Shown here: piece after piece, positions 1 through 9,823 of the stretch
Numbering within the stretch: the first letter of the stretch is position 1
How the letters are laid out: each line of letters starts with the position of its first letter
Notes under the pieces: model-generated
The model's input: only the letters and a program-made list of their open reading frames with translations
The model's database searches: none
What the model was told of the DNA's origin: nothing
NCBI GenBank assembly: GCA_963703225.1
Contig: OY969801.1
Coordinates: forward strand, 2,752,001-2,816,000
Source: Candidatus Eiseniibacteriota bacterium
GTDB lineage: Bacteria > Eisenbacteria > RBG-16-71-46 > SZUA-252
Length of the DNA stretch: 64,000 nt
Reading direction: 5' to 3'
Position numbers and translations under genes: made by a program

Positions 1-2086
1 CGAGCCTCGCGTGGAGGGCGGCGAGGCCCCACGCCGATACCACGCGGTGCGACCGCGCCACGGTCAATTCATCGAGGATGCGCCGCGCCGCGGCCGCGTT
101 TCCGCTACTGGCCTCGAGGTGCCCGAGTCCGAACGAAGGTCCTGCCACGCCGCCGCTCAGCCGGCGGCCCTCCTCGTACTCGCCGCGCGCCTCGTCGAAG
201 CGGCCGAGGGCTTCGAGGGAGCGGGCGAGGTCCGTGTGCGCGCCGTCAAAGCGAGGATCGAGCTCGACGGCCTTCCGGTAATAGACGACCGAACGCTCGT
301 ATTCGCGGGCGTAGTAATAGGCGTCTCCGACACACGTGTGGATCAACATCGACAAGGGGTCGAGGCTGAGCGCCTTGAGCATCGCCTCCTGCGCTTCGCG
401 ATGACGCTCGGAGCAGTAATAGAGATTCCCGAGGATCGTATAGGTGGCCGATAGCCCGGGATTCAGCTCGATGGCACGCTCCAAGGACCGGATCGCGCCT
501 CGGAAGTCCATCTCATCTGACGCGACAGCTCCCAGTGCGGCGTGGGCCTCCGCGAGGGAATCATCCAGCTCCAGCGCCTTCATCGCGGCCTTGCGAGCCT
601 CTGCGTTCGCCTCAGCCGGCGGAGCCATTCCTCGGCCAGCGCGGACGTTGTGGCACCATGCCATTCCCGCCCACGCGGGGGCGTACGACGGGTCGAGCTC
701 AAGCGCCCGCTGGAAGTGTCGCAGGCCCAGCTCAATGGCCTGCGGCGACGCCGCCGTGGCGGTGTGTCGACCTTTGAGATACTCCACGTGCGCTTCGGGG
801 TTCACGGGGCGCCGCTTCGCCAGCTGTGTCGCCTCGCGCGGGGTTACCTGAATCGCGATCTCCTTCGCCACCGTTTCAGCCACCCGGCTCTGCAGATCGA
901 GGACGTCCTCGATTTCGCCGTCATAGCGGTCGGCCCACAGGGTCTCGTCCGTCCTCGCCGAAACGAGCTGCACGTTGACGCGCACCCGCTTCCCGACGAG
1001 AAGGGCTGATCCCTCGAGGATCGCATCGACGTTCAATTCGCGGGCGATCTCCGGGAGCGCCTTCTTGATCCCCTTGTACTTCATGGCGGACGTCCGCGAG
1101 ATGACGCGGAGCGCCTTCAAGAGTGCCAGCTCCGAAATCAGCGCTTCGGTCATGCCATCTGCGAAGTATTCCTGCGCCGGATCACGAGAGAGGTTATCGA
1201 GCGGGAGCACCGCCAGAGAGCGGATCACGTCCCTGCCGGGCTCCAGAGCGACCCCGCTCCGGGCCGCCTCTCCAACGCGGCGCAGAACCTGGCTCACAGA
1301 CCCCGCGGAATCGGGGCGCAGCGAGGCCTCCTTATTCAGACAGGAATCAATCAGGCGATCGAGCTCCCCGGGGATCTCCGGGCGGAGGGAACGTGCCGGT
1401 CGCGGCGCGCCGTGCAGGATCTCGAACATCAAGGCCTCCGGCCGATCCTTTTCGAACGGGCGGCGGCCGGTTGTCATCTCGTAGAGGACGGCACCGAACG
1501 CATAGATGTCCGTGCGGGAATCATCTGCTTCGCCGCGCAGCTGCTCGGGCGCCATGTACGAGAGCGAGCCGAAGAAGGCGCCGGCTTGCGTCAGGTCGGT
1601 CGCGGTTTGGACTGGGTTCAAGAGGCCGGCTAGGCCGAAGTCGAGAATCTTCGGAGTCCCGGTTGTCGTCATCGCAATGTTTCCAGGTTTCAGGTCGCGA
1701 TGAAGGAATCCCCGTCGGTGCGCATCCTCAAGGGCATCGCCGATCTCCGCTCCAATTCGAGTCACCTCTTCCAGACCGAGCGGGCCCTTCTGTAATCGCG
1801 ACTGGAGCGTGCCACCCGGGACGTACTCCATGACAAGGAAGTCCACGCCGCCCTGGGAATCGAAATCGAAAATGGTAGCCACTCCGGGGTGTGACAGGCG
1901 GGACAGCACGTGCGCCTCGCGGCGGAATCGCTCGCGCGCCGTCGGGTCCGCGAACGAGCCGCGCAGGATCACCTTGACGGCGACGTCGCGGTCGAGATGC
2001 AGATCGTGCGCACGGTACACCTCTCCCATGCCGCCGGCGCCGAGCGGCTCGATAATCCGGTAGTGGGCAAGGGTCGTTCCGATCAT
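1..2086 (-). CDS. Ser/Thr protein kinase with TolB-like domain and TPR repeats (3' end runs off the window)
   Basis: Translated by hand from ATG 2086: MIGTTLAHYRIIEPLGAGGMGEVY, VAVK, HRDLKPGN, DFG, APE, then SLAVLPLDNLS...YFADGMTEALI and TPR helices. No stop in the window, so it is absent from the ORF track. Confidence 0.95.
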   Translation of the reverse strand, partial: MIGTTLAHYRIIEPLGAGGMGEVYRAHDLHLDRDVAVKVILRGSFADPTARERFRREAHVLSRLSHPGVATIFDFDSQGGVDFLVMEYVPGGTLQSRLQKGPLGLEEVTRIGAEIGDALEDAHRRGFLHRDLKPGNIAMTTTGTPKILDFGLAGLLNPVQTATDLTQAGAFFGSLSYMAPEQLRGEADDSRTDIYAFGAVLYEMTTGRRPFEKDRPEALMFEILHGAPRPARSLRPEIPGELDRLIDSCLNKEASLRPDSAGSVSQVLRRVGEAARSGVALEPGRDVIRSLAVLPLDNLSRDPAQEYFADGMTEALISELALLKALRVISRTSAMKYKGIKKALPEIARELNVDAILEGSALLVGKRVRVNVQLVSARTDETLWADRYDGEIEDVLDLQSRVAETVAKEIAIQVTPREATQLAKRRPVNPEAHVEYLKGRHTATAASPQAIELGLRHFQRALELDPSYAPAWAGMAWCHNVRAGRGMAPPAEANAEARKAAMKALELDDSLAEAHAALGAVASDEMDFRGAIRSLERAIELNPGLSATYTILGNLYYCSERHREAQEAMLKALSLDPLSMLIHTCVGDAYYYAREYERSVVYYRKAVELDPRFDGAHTDLARSLEALGRFDEARGEYEEGRRLSGGVAGPSFGLGHLEASSGNAAAARRILDELTVARSHRVVSAWGLAALHARL

Positions 2087-2323
2087 CGTGAGGCCCCAGG
2101 CTTTGGGGGCCAACAAGCGTAGCACAGTGGCAGGCGGCTCGGGCCATGCGGTGCTAGAATCACGGGCGCTCCCCAATTGCATCTCGTATCGCAGTCCGGA
2201 CCGTGGTGCGAGGTGTTGACAGCCTCTCAGACCTCCACGATCATGGCTCTTGGTCCGCAAGTATGGGGTGGCGCGATGCGCCCCGAAACCCAACTTCCTA
2301 TGCGATAAAATCGGAGGATATCA

Positions 2324-3016
2324 ATGGGATTTCGAATCGTATCCGTTTCGCTCTTGATCGCGGCCGAGCTCTCGCTGCTGTCAATTCCGTCGATCGCGCA
2401 GACTTCCGGGGGCGCCGTCGCGGATAGCACCGTGCGTGCGGCTCAGGATAGTGTAAGCGTGCCTGCCCAGACCGCCGTACCGGCCCAAACTGCCGCGCCC
2501 GCCCAAACCACTGCTCCGCCTCAAACCACCCCTCCGGCCGAAACCACCGCTCCGCCTCCGAAGAGCGCAACTCCTTCCGAGCCGAGCGGCCCCTTCAGCC
2601 GCGGAAAGACGAGGGCCAGGTTTACGGCAGGGTGGGGTCGATCGTTTGGGGACGACTATCTCCTCATCGGGGTCGGAGTTGGGCGGTACCTCAAGACAGG
2701 GCTCGAGTTAGGGCTCAATTTTGAGACGTGGATCGGTTCCAATCCCGGAGTGTCGAAATTGAGCCCGGAAATCACCTACGTCCTCACCCGGGCCCGACGG
2801 GTCACGCCTTACGTCGGCGCCTTCTACACACGAAACTTCATCCAGGATTACGACGACTTGAGCTCGGTCGGTGGTCGCGGGGGAATATTCCGAGGAACCG
2901 GACGAGCGTCGTATGGGTTTGGCGCCGTCTATGAGGACTATCTCGACTGCGACAAATCCCTCTACGGCGACTGCTCCACGGTCTATCCGGAGGTATTCGT
3001 CTCGACCTCGTTCTGA
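2324..3016 (+). CDS. Outer-membrane beta-barrel-like protein with Pro/Thr-rich linker
   Basis: SD GGAGG, signal peptide, alternating beta-strand pattern, C-terminal Phe (VFVSTSF). Confidence 0.75.
   Translation: MGFRIVSVSLLIAAELSLLSIPSIAQTSGGAVADSTVRAAQDSVSVPAQTAVPAQTAAPAQTTAPPQTTPPAETTAPPPKSATPSEPSGPFSRGKTRARFTAGWGRSFGDDYLLIGVGVGRYLKTGLELGLNFETWIGSNPGVSKLSPEITYVLTRARRVTPYVGAFYTRNFIQDYDDLSSVGGRGGIFRGTGRASYGFGAVYEDYLDCDKSLYGDCSTVYPEVFVSTSF
2462..2557 (+). repeat. Degenerate 18-bp coding tandem repeat, about 5 units
   Basis: PAQTAV PAQTAA PAQTTA PPQTTP PAETTA. Confidence 0.8.
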
Positions 3017-3026
3017 GAGGACCATA

Positions 3027-3158
3027 ATGTTCCGTATGTTCCGCCGAACCGCCCTGGCCGCCATCGGATTGTTTCTTTCTCTGTCGCCCCCCATCGCTGC
3101 CGCGGCCGACCAGACATGGCCGCGGGAATTGGGCCCCGCTACGGGACGCGGGCGCTGA
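3027..3158 (+). pseudogene. Truncated 5' remnant of a secreted-protein gene (43 aa)
   Basis: SD GAGG, then MFRMFRRTALAAIGLFLSLSPPIAAAA-DQTWPREL, then runs into the 3' end of the convergent methyltransferase gene. Confidence 0.55.
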
Positions 3159-3954
3159 CCACCGGCACCATCCACACGGCATAGCGGCGGGGGTCGCGGA
3201 TGTTGGCGATCATCTGATCGAAGTGCGCCTTCGCCTCCTCCCGCGTGAATCGAGTGACCTCGGCCACGGGATCCACGTATCCATCCCGCCACGCCTCCAG
3301 GATCGCGGCGAAGGTCTCCCGCGGCACGCGAATCGTGTCGACCACGACGTAGTCGATCGTGATGTTCTCCAAACCCAGGTCCATGAGAATCCCGAATGTG
3401 TGGCGCCCGATGAACAGGTCTGTCCCTGTGGCTTCGCCGAATCGCGCCGGCGCCTCGTGCCAGAAATCGCGCGGGTCGAGCGCCCCGCGCTGAAAGTGGA
3501 GCATCCCGTAGTCCTCGGGAATCAGGTGCAGTCGCCCGCCGCGGCGCGTCACGCGCACCTGCTCCGCGAGCACGCGGTCGGGGTGCGGGATGGAGTGCAG
3601 GACGTGACGGCTCACCGTCAGGTCGAACGCACGGTCGGCGGCACGAAGCTCGAACGCGCTCTGGTTCTCAAATCGGAGCCGGGGCGCCAGGTGCCCGTGG
3701 CGCGCGCGGGCCCGGTCGAGACTCTGGTCGAGGACGTCGACCCCGAGCACGTCCGCGCGCGGGAACATCTCGGCGAGACGCGACGAACCCTCTCCCGTGC
3801 CGCAACCCACGTCGAGAATGCGGATGTCATCCGGTAGCTTGTAGCGGCGGATCAGCTCGGACTCCTGAGGCCAGATGGCACGCGCCTGCGCGTCGAGCGT
3901 CCGCACCATCGACTCGTCGGCCATCTGCTTTGCCTGGGGATTGAGGTCGGTCAC
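3139..3954 (-). CDS. Class I SAM-dependent methyltransferase
   Basis: Motif I ILDVGCGTG and FDLTVSRHVLH. GTG 3954 follows GGAG; the ORF is open to 4017. Confidence 0.9.
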   Translation of the reverse strand: MTDLNPQAKQMADESMVRTLDAQARAIWPQESELIRRYKLPDDIRILDVGCGTGEGSSRLAEMFPRADVLGVDVLDQSLDRARARHGHLAPRLRFENQSAFELRAADRAFDLTVSRHVLHSIPHPDRVLAEQVRVTRRGGRLHLIPEDYGMLHFQRGALDPRDFWHEAPARFGEATGTDLFIGRHTFGILMDLGLENITIDYVVVDTIRVPRETFAAILEAWRDGYVDPVAEVTRFTREEAKAHFDQMIANIRDPRRYAVWMVPVVSARVP

Positions 3955-4119
3955 GGCTCTCCGGGTCCTCTGGTGGACCCTCCTCCATTGCCCGGAACGT
4001 ACGGCTTCGCGGTGCATGCGTTCCCCAAGAGTATACGCGGTGCCGACCCGCCGGCTCCGTGCTAGCCTTTCCGCCGGAGGCGATGCTGCGTGGGCTCCTG
4101 AGGACCCGGGACGAGCCTG

Positions 4120-4515
4120 GTGACGATCGATTGGCGTAAATACTGGTGGCAGCCAGGCTGGGCGGCGGCCTTTTTCGCGGTCGGTGTCCCGTACTGGCTG
4201 ATTCCCTACAACAAGGTCAATCTTCCCGACGCCGTGTTGGGTGCCGGGCTGTTCGTCGTGGTCGCGGCCGCCGTGCTGGCGCGCGCGTATTCCGGCAAGC
4301 CCTTTTGGCGCGTCGTCGGCGTCATCGGCTCTGTAGTCCCCGCGGTAGTCATGGTGCGGGTCGCGGTCGATGTGTCGCGCGATTCGACGTCACACAACCT
4401 GTGGCCGTTCGAGGTCGTCATTGCGGTATTCGTCGGCGGCGCCGCGGCATTGGCAGGATCCCTGATCGGTAGCCTGATGTCGCTGCGATCCCGCAAGGGC
4501 CAGGCCGGGGAGTAA
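4120..4515 (+). CDS. Small 4-TM membrane protein, unknown function
   Basis: Four hydrophobic segments and a D-x-TSHNLWPFE loop. Confidence 0.75.
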   Translation: MTIDWRKYWWQPGWAAAFFAVGVPYWLIPYNKVNLPDAVLGAGLFVVVAAAVLARAYSGKPFWRVVGVIGSVVPAVVMVRVAVDVSRDSTSHNLWPFEVVIAVFVGGAAALAGSLIGSLMSLRSRKGQAGE

Positions 4516-4573
4516 GCCGAACCCTCTCACCTCGCGGCAAGAGCCTCTCGTGATTCGCCGTGGCGGTCTAGCG

Positions 4574-5953
4574 TCAGCGTCTGCTGTCGTGCGTCCCCTC
4601 CATCGCGAGGTCGGCGTCGTCGATCGGATCCAGCCGGAGCAAATCATCCCGGAGCGGAGCGGAGCCAGGGGCCAACACGGTAAGGGCCAGGTCACTCGCG
4701 GGAGGCAGTTCCTCGAGAAATACAAACGCGGTGCCCGCCGCGAATCGCGAGAGCTCTTCGCGGACGTAGTGCCCCGACGATCCCGCCTTGCGCCTGGCCT
4801 CGAGCACTTGGACGAGCGTAGTCGCACTGCCGCAAACTGACGTCCAGCGCTTCTCCACGTCCTTGGCGCGGTCGGGATTCGATCCGCGGACGGTCTCTGA
4901 CACGAGGAAGTACGAGGCGGGGTCCCCCTCCGGCTGGAAGGAGGTCCATACCACGCGGGCCGATGTCGACCGGTCGAAGTGTCTGTGCGCGAGCGAAGTC
5001 CCGGTCACGGTCTCGATCACCTCGTAATCGACGCCCACGGTGACTTCTCGGACGCGGGCCACAACTTCAATCGGCACGTCCATCCAGTGAACGGATTCCG
5101 CACCGTCCGCCTTCTTCTCCACCACGCGGCGCGCGACTATGTCCCGAAATAGATGGAGCTTCGTGGCAGACCGAACATCGCCGATCGTACCCCAGACGAC
5201 CCGCTGCGCCGCGTGCGCGCGGCCGAGTTCGATCGCCTCCGCGCGGGAGAGATCATCCAGCTCCGATACCCGCATGTCGCGTTCGATTCCGTTGCCTGCG
5301 AGAACCCGTGTGAACTGGGCGATAGGCGGGGCAAGCTCTTCAACAAGGTCGTCCCGCCACGCACGGGATACCTGGACGCCCAACGAGGCGTCTCCCGAGG
5401 AAGCGCGGAACGGCACCAGGGCCACTCGTGTCAGCGCCTCGCCGAGAGCGAGGTCGGCGCGCTTGGCGGCATCGCGGTAGCCGGTGACGAAGCGCTCGGC
5501 ATTGTTGAATGCGGCGCAGGCCTTCTTCGGGCGCCGGGACTTGGCTGCATCGACTCCGTTCTGGTAATTGAGGCGCGCCGCCGCCAGACGGATCGTCAGC
5601 TCTTCCCCAGGCCATTGAGCGCCGAACGGAATGGTCGCGTACCGGGCGGCGTTCGCGCGGAAATCGTTCAGCTTCAGAACTTCTTCGGCGGCTTCGGTGC
5701 TGTCCACTTCCGCGAGCGCGCGGATGCGCCGCTGCCATTCCTGAACGATCGAGGTGCCCGCGGCTGTTGCGGCGGCACGAGCCCGTGGATTCCCGGGCTC
5801 CTTGTCCAGTCCGCGGGTCGCGAGTTGCCACGCGCGCCACGCGTCGCCGCTCGCGAGCTCCTTCTCACTCTTCTCGGACAATTTGGAGGTACCGGCGGCG
5901 CAACCGATTACGAACATGATCGCCAGCAGAGCCGGCGCGAGTCTTCGGAGCAT
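4574..5953 (-). CDS. Putative lipoprotein (helical/TPR-like N-half, CsgG/TolB-like C-half)
   Basis: Lipobox MLRRLAPALLAIMFVIG-C; RVALVPF...VVWGTI pattern. Confidence 0.7.
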   Translation of the reverse strand: MLRRLAPALLAIMFVIGCAAGTSKLSEKSEKELASGDAWRAWQLATRGLDKEPGNPRARAAATAAGTSIVQEWQRRIRALAEVDSTEAAEEVLKLNDFRANAARYATIPFGAQWPGEELTIRLAAARLNYQNGVDAAKSRRPKKACAAFNNAERFVTGYRDAAKRADLALGEALTRVALVPFRASSGDASLGVQVSRAWRDDLVEELAPPIAQFTRVLAGNGIERDMRVSELDDLSRAEAIELGRAHAAQRVVWGTIGDVRSATKLHLFRDIVARRVVEKKADGAESVHWMDVPIEVVARVREVTVGVDYEVIETVTGTSLAHRHFDRSTSARVVWTSFQPEGDPASYFLVSETVRGSNPDRAKDVEKRWTSVCGSATTLVQVLEARRKAGSSGHYVREELSRFAAGTAFVFLEELPPASDLALTVLAPGSAPLRDDLLRLDPIDDADLAMEGTHDSRR

Positions 5954-6135
5954 GATGTGCCCCCCCTTTCGTGCCTGGAAGATCGGCAGGCACCGCGGGG
6001 ATCCTCAGTGGGTTATGAGATTTCCGGCGCCTGGTATGTATCTTGCGCCGCCTCGCGTCGTCTTCGGATGTCCCGTTGGGTTCTTGAATCCGCCAACCGA
6101 CTCGAAAGCCGTCGAGTGGCCACGTGGGGGGAATC

Positions 6136-6720
6136 ATGAAAAAGGCACTGTTGATCCTGGCGCTTTTCCTCTTCTGCATCGCGTCGCCGCAGAATGCACT
6201 GGCCAAGGCGGCCAGAGGGGGTCTCGGGCTGAACCGACTTGGCGTGGAAGCCGGCCTGGTCGATCCCGAGGCGGTGGGCAGCACGCTAGGGTTTGGCGCT
6301 TTCGCGGACCTCGGGACTCTGGCGCCCGACGTTCGGCTGTCCTCACACCTGGGCTATTGGTCCAAGTCCGAGAATGATTTCGGCGCGGAGGCCTCGCTCC
6401 GGGACATCTCCGTCGGCGCGCGGGCAAGGTACATGTTCCACGTCACCTCGCCGAAGTTTCAGCCCTATGCAGGCGCGGGGCTCGGGCTTCATTTCTTCCA
6501 CACGAAGGTGCAGACTCCCGACATGGACTTGGGTGGCGGGTTCATCATCCCTGGCTTCACCGCCGAAGATTCGGCGACGAAGGTTGGCCTCGACTTGGGC
6601 GGTGGCGTCGTCACGCCCTTGAGCCCGAAGACCGACTTGCTCGTGGACTTCTGGTACACGGTCGCCGACATCGATCAGCTCTCGATGAAGGCCGGCTTGT
6701 CGTTCCAGCTTCCCCGGTAG
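6136..6720 (+). CDS. Outer-membrane beta-barrel protein (OmpA/OmpW-like small barrel)
   Basis: MKK signal peptide, FQPYAGAGLGLHF strand, C-terminal AGLSFQL. Confidence 0.85.
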   Translation: MKKALLILALFLFCIASPQNALAKAARGGLGLNRLGVEAGLVDPEAVGSTLGFGAFADLGTLAPDVRLSSHLGYWSKSENDFGAEASLRDISVGARARYMFHVTSPKFQPYAGAGLGLHFFHTKVQTPDMDLGGGFIIPGFTAEDSATKVGLDLGGGVVTPLSPKTDLLVDFWYTVADIDQLSMKAGLSFQLPR

Positions 6721-6726
6721 CGAGGA

Positions 6727-6745
6727 GGGGCTCAGGCGGAGCCCC
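6727..6745. terminator. Hairpin between convergent genes
   Basis: GGGGCTC-aggcg-GAGCCCC, no U tract. Confidence 0.4.
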
Positions 6746-6749
6746 CACA

Positions 6750-7814
6750 TCACCGAGCGGGAGCGTCCGGAGGCGTGGCCGGCGCCGAAGGTAGCGCGGA
6801 GGTCGCGATGTAGTAGATGTCGCGGAGCCCGTTACCTGGGGCGTGGAGCCGGTCGAGCAGCTCTTGGTACGTGAGGGATCGGTCCGGGCGACGCCCGGCG
6901 GCGCCGCGCGAGCTCGTGAAGAACAGATATCGCCCGTCAGGGGTGAGCCTGGGCCCGAAGTCCCAACCGTCCGAGTTGATGGGCGCGCCGATATGCACCG
7001 GCTTCGACCACGCGCCGCCTCGGTTGTAGCTGATCCAGAGGTCGAAGAGACCGAGATTGCCGGGGCGCCCAGCCGCGGCGAACACCATGAAGCGCTCGTC
7101 GGGGGAAACCATCGGCTCGAACTCACCGGCCGACGTATTGACGGGCTCTCCAAGATTTTCCGGCGCCTGGTAGACCCCGTCCACGAGGCGGGAGCGCCAA
7201 ATGTCGGCGCCACCCTTTCCGCCTGAGCGCTCCGAGCCGAAGTAAAGCGCTCCACTGCGGGTGACGGTCGGGAACCACTCCGATGCCGGGGAGTTCACGA
7301 CCGACCCGAGATGTGTCGGTGCGCCCCAATCTCCCTGAGGAGCGCGTTCCACCATCCAGAGATCGGTGTCCTCCTTGGCCGCACCGTCCACCGGTCGAGT
7401 CGAGATGAAATAGAGCCTCAAGCCGTCTTCGGTGAGAAACGGATCCGCGTCGCTCCACCGCCCCGAAAAGGGCGCGACCTCGGGAGTCGTCCACCGACCA
7501 CCGCTCCACCGGCTCCGAACGATGGTCCAAAAATCGAACGTGGGTGTGTTCTTGAGAAAGTAGAGACTCGTTCCTTCCGGGGAGAACGTCGCATGGGATT
7601 CGTCGTCGCCGGTCGAGACCAGGCCGGGCGCGAATAGTCGAGGGATGGAGTCGGACTCCGAGCCTTCGTGTAGCCCCGCGGGACCTGAGGCGTGCGGCGC
7701 GCCCGCCGCGTGGGATTGCCCGCAAGTCGTGGCCAGCAGGATCAGGAGGGGGCCGCAGCACGCGGAACACGACGGTCGGATTCGCATAGCCGCCGGGGCA
7801 ACTCGAAGAGTCAC
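6750..7814 (-). CDS. Secreted PD40/TolB-like beta-propeller protein
   Basis: Repeated P.(F/L)(S/T)PDG..LYF.S.R and LG..VNS motifs; alternative start ATG 7787. Confidence 0.85.
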   Translation of the reverse strand: MTLRVAPAAMRIRPSCSACCGPLLILLATTCGQSHAAGAPHASGPAGLHEGSESDSIPRLFAPGLVSTGDDESHATFSPEGTSLYFLKNTPTFDFWTIVRSRWSGGRWTTPEVAPFSGRWSDADPFLTEDGLRLYFISTRPVDGAAKEDTDLWMVERAPQGDWGAPTHLGSVVNSPASEWFPTVTRSGALYFGSERSGGKGGADIWRSRLVDGVYQAPENLGEPVNTSAGEFEPMVSPDERFMVFAAAGRPGNLGLFDLWISYNRGGAWSKPVHIGAPINSDGWDFGPRLTPDGRYLFFTSSRGAAGRRPDRSLTYQELLDRLHAPGNGLRDIYYIATSALPSAPATPPDAPAR

Positions 7815-8089
7815 TTCGCGTGTTCGCGAAGCATGGTTTCGATTTCCCGCAATGTGAACTTGTTGAGCGCCACGATCTTCGCCTGCGAGCGGTAGATCGG
7901 CGGCACGATCGCCCGCGCTTCATCCTTTGAGCCCACGTCTACGACGATCCAGGCACGATGGTCCCCGTCATGGCACCCCCAATCAGCGTTCGCGACGAAA
8001 TGGGAGCCGGAGCTCAGGAATGCGTGGACCGCCCGGGCGCACACCGCCCGATCAGGATCGTGAGGGACTTCGACGAGAAATTTCGACAT
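7811..8089 (-). CDS. Small hypothetical protein (92 aa)
   Basis: SD AGGAGG; stop overlaps the next GTG; WGCHDGDH motif. Confidence 0.75.
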   Translation of the reverse strand: MSKFLVEVPHDPDRAVCARAVHAFLSSGSHFVANADWGCHDGDHRAWIVVDVGSKDEARAIVPPIYRSQAKIVALNKFTLREIETMLREHAK

Positions 8090-8257
8090 GGGAACACCCC
8101 TCCTTTGAGGGTCCCGGGAGACCAGCCGAGACCGATAGGTCGACAGCTAAATTGTCCCCGAAGAGCGCCGGCCGCGCAAGAACGCGCTGGCGATAGGGTG
8201 TCGACGCCTGATTTGTGCGAGCCGGCTGACGGCAATGGCCGGGACCCGCTGCTGCCA

Positions 8258-9034
8258 TTACTTCCCCGACGCCTGCAGCTCCTCGAGCCTTCGCTGCGCG
8301 TACCGATTCTGTGGATCCAGCTCCAGCATCTTGCGGAACGCCTGGATCGCCTTGTCCTTCTGCCCGGTGTCCACATAGGCCTCCGCGAGGCCCTCGTAAG
8401 CCCGCAGAGAAGAAGGAAACATCTCGACGTTGAACTTGTGGAGGCTGAGCGCGTCCTGCTCCCGTCCCTTCTCCGCGAGAGACTCTCCCAACTCCGCCAA
8501 GGTCCCGTCGCCAAAGTCGAACGCACTCCGTCCGTAGTACCGGGCTCGGAGCTCCTTGTAGGTCGCGATCGTGCTATCGACGCCGCTCGAATCGTACGTC
8601 GCAGCGAGCCGATCGACCAACGTAGTCGGACGCGGGAGACCGTGATGGCAAGTGTTGCACGACATCTTCACTCGGATAGATCCTGCTAACTTCATGGCCT
8701 TCAAGTCTTCGTTAATGTGGCCGAGCATCCTATACATGTCGCGGGCGATCTGCTTGTTCGGGTTCTCGTCCGACGCGAAGTCGAACGTGGAGAGTGGTTT
8801 CCCCTCCTGACCGACGTGACAGTATGGGCACCGCACACCCAACGCACGTGTAAATCCGATCATGGTCCCAGCGAGCTTCTCCTTCTTAGCATCCTCCGGA
8901 AGCACTTTGATGTTCTTCGGCTTCTCGGGCCACTCGAAGGGGGGCTGGGCATGCGCGAGAGACGTGTACGCGACAACCCTGACAATCGAGATGCAGCACG
9001 CCAGGAGCAAAATACGCCCTTTCCCACGAACCAC
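8258..9034 (-). CDS. Exported di-haem c-type cytochrome (reaction-centre cytochrome c-like) with C-terminal TPR
   Basis: CPYCH and CNTCH, KNIKVL...LGVRC..CH...K..AR.M..M pattern, TPR tail, SD AGGAG. Confidence 0.85.
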   Translation of the reverse strand: MVRGKGRILLLACCISIVRVVAYTSLAHAQPPFEWPEKPKNIKVLPEDAKKEKLAGTMIGFTRALGVRCPYCHVGQEGKPLSTFDFASDENPNKQIARDMYRMLGHINEDLKAMKLAGSIRVKMSCNTCHHGLPRPTTLVDRLAATYDSSGVDSTIATYKELRARYYGRSAFDFGDGTLAELGESLAEKGREQDALSLHKFNVEMFPSSLRAYEGLAEAYVDTGQKDKAIQAFRKMLELDPQNRYAQRRLEELQASGK

Positions 9035-9174
9035 GATGGTCTCCTTTCAAACCGCTATGTTGCCACCGGCGCTCTGATACGGAACAATGGAGTATATGCG
9101 CGCCATCGTCGCCATGGGATAGGTGGTGGGATCCCGATATACCCAAGCTTGGGGGGGAGCTGCGCCGAAATCAA

Positions 9175-9645
9175 ATGGTTGCGAATCTCCTGAAGAGCAT
9201 AGTTCACAACATTGGCGTCGTGGCCGTTGGCCTCGGCCTCGCGTACCTCGGCACGAGAGTGGATTCGCTCTTGGGTATTTCCCCCTTCGCGTTCCCACTC
9301 ATCAAGCCGGTAGGGTTACTGCTTCTTGCGAGCGGGTTTCTTGTGCGCGTTTGGGCGGCGACCTACTTCTATGCACACAGAATGCGCGTGATCTCGCTCG
9401 AACCTCAGGGAGCGCTTATTACGTCCGGGCCGTATCGTTTCTCGCGGAATCCGCTCTATCTCGGCGGGAACGTGTTCATCTTCTTCGGGGCGGCACTGCT
9501 CTTCGGATCGCCGACGGCGCTCCTCGTTACGGCGATACATCTTCCCCTGATAGATATGTTCATCCGCCGAGAAGAGAGACAATTGGAGCGGGTCTTTGGT
9601 GAGCAGTGGCGAAGTTACGCGAAGCGAGTGCGCCGATGGCTATAA
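9175..9645 (+). CDS. Isoprenylcysteine carboxyl methyltransferase / PEMT family membrane protein
   Basis: LITSGPYRFSRNPLYLG and EERQLERVFGEQWRSY...VRRW. Confidence 0.9.
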   Translation: MVANLLKSIVHNIGVVAVGLGLAYLGTRVDSLLGISPFAFPLIKPVGLLLLASGFLVRVWAATYFYAHRMRVISLEPQGALITSGPYRFSRNPLYLGGNVFIFFGAALLFGSPTALLVTAIHLPLIDMFIRREERQLERVFGEQWRSYAKRVRRWL

Positions 9646-9823
9646 TCCGAGTAGCGGGTACCTGCGGCATTGATTGTGCGTTACTCAATACGCGAGGCCG
9701 CCCCGCGAGGCGCCGAAAGTGGCCCTAACTCTAAGGTATGGTTGTACATACAGCGTGCCGCATCGCCCCCGGCTGCCTGACAGCTTGGCTGGGCGGGGAC
9801 AGACTTGTCAGGAGGAGATTGCC

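Noticed and set aside
5960..6130. Hairpins in intergenic regions (also 2250-2300 and 21765-21880) as riboswitches
   Set aside because: No riboswitch consensus recognised, and stems are easy to find in GC-rich DNA; an Rfam search would be needed
9169..9181. IHF consensus match AATCAAatggTTG
   Set aside because: Single short match over a start codon, with no supporting context
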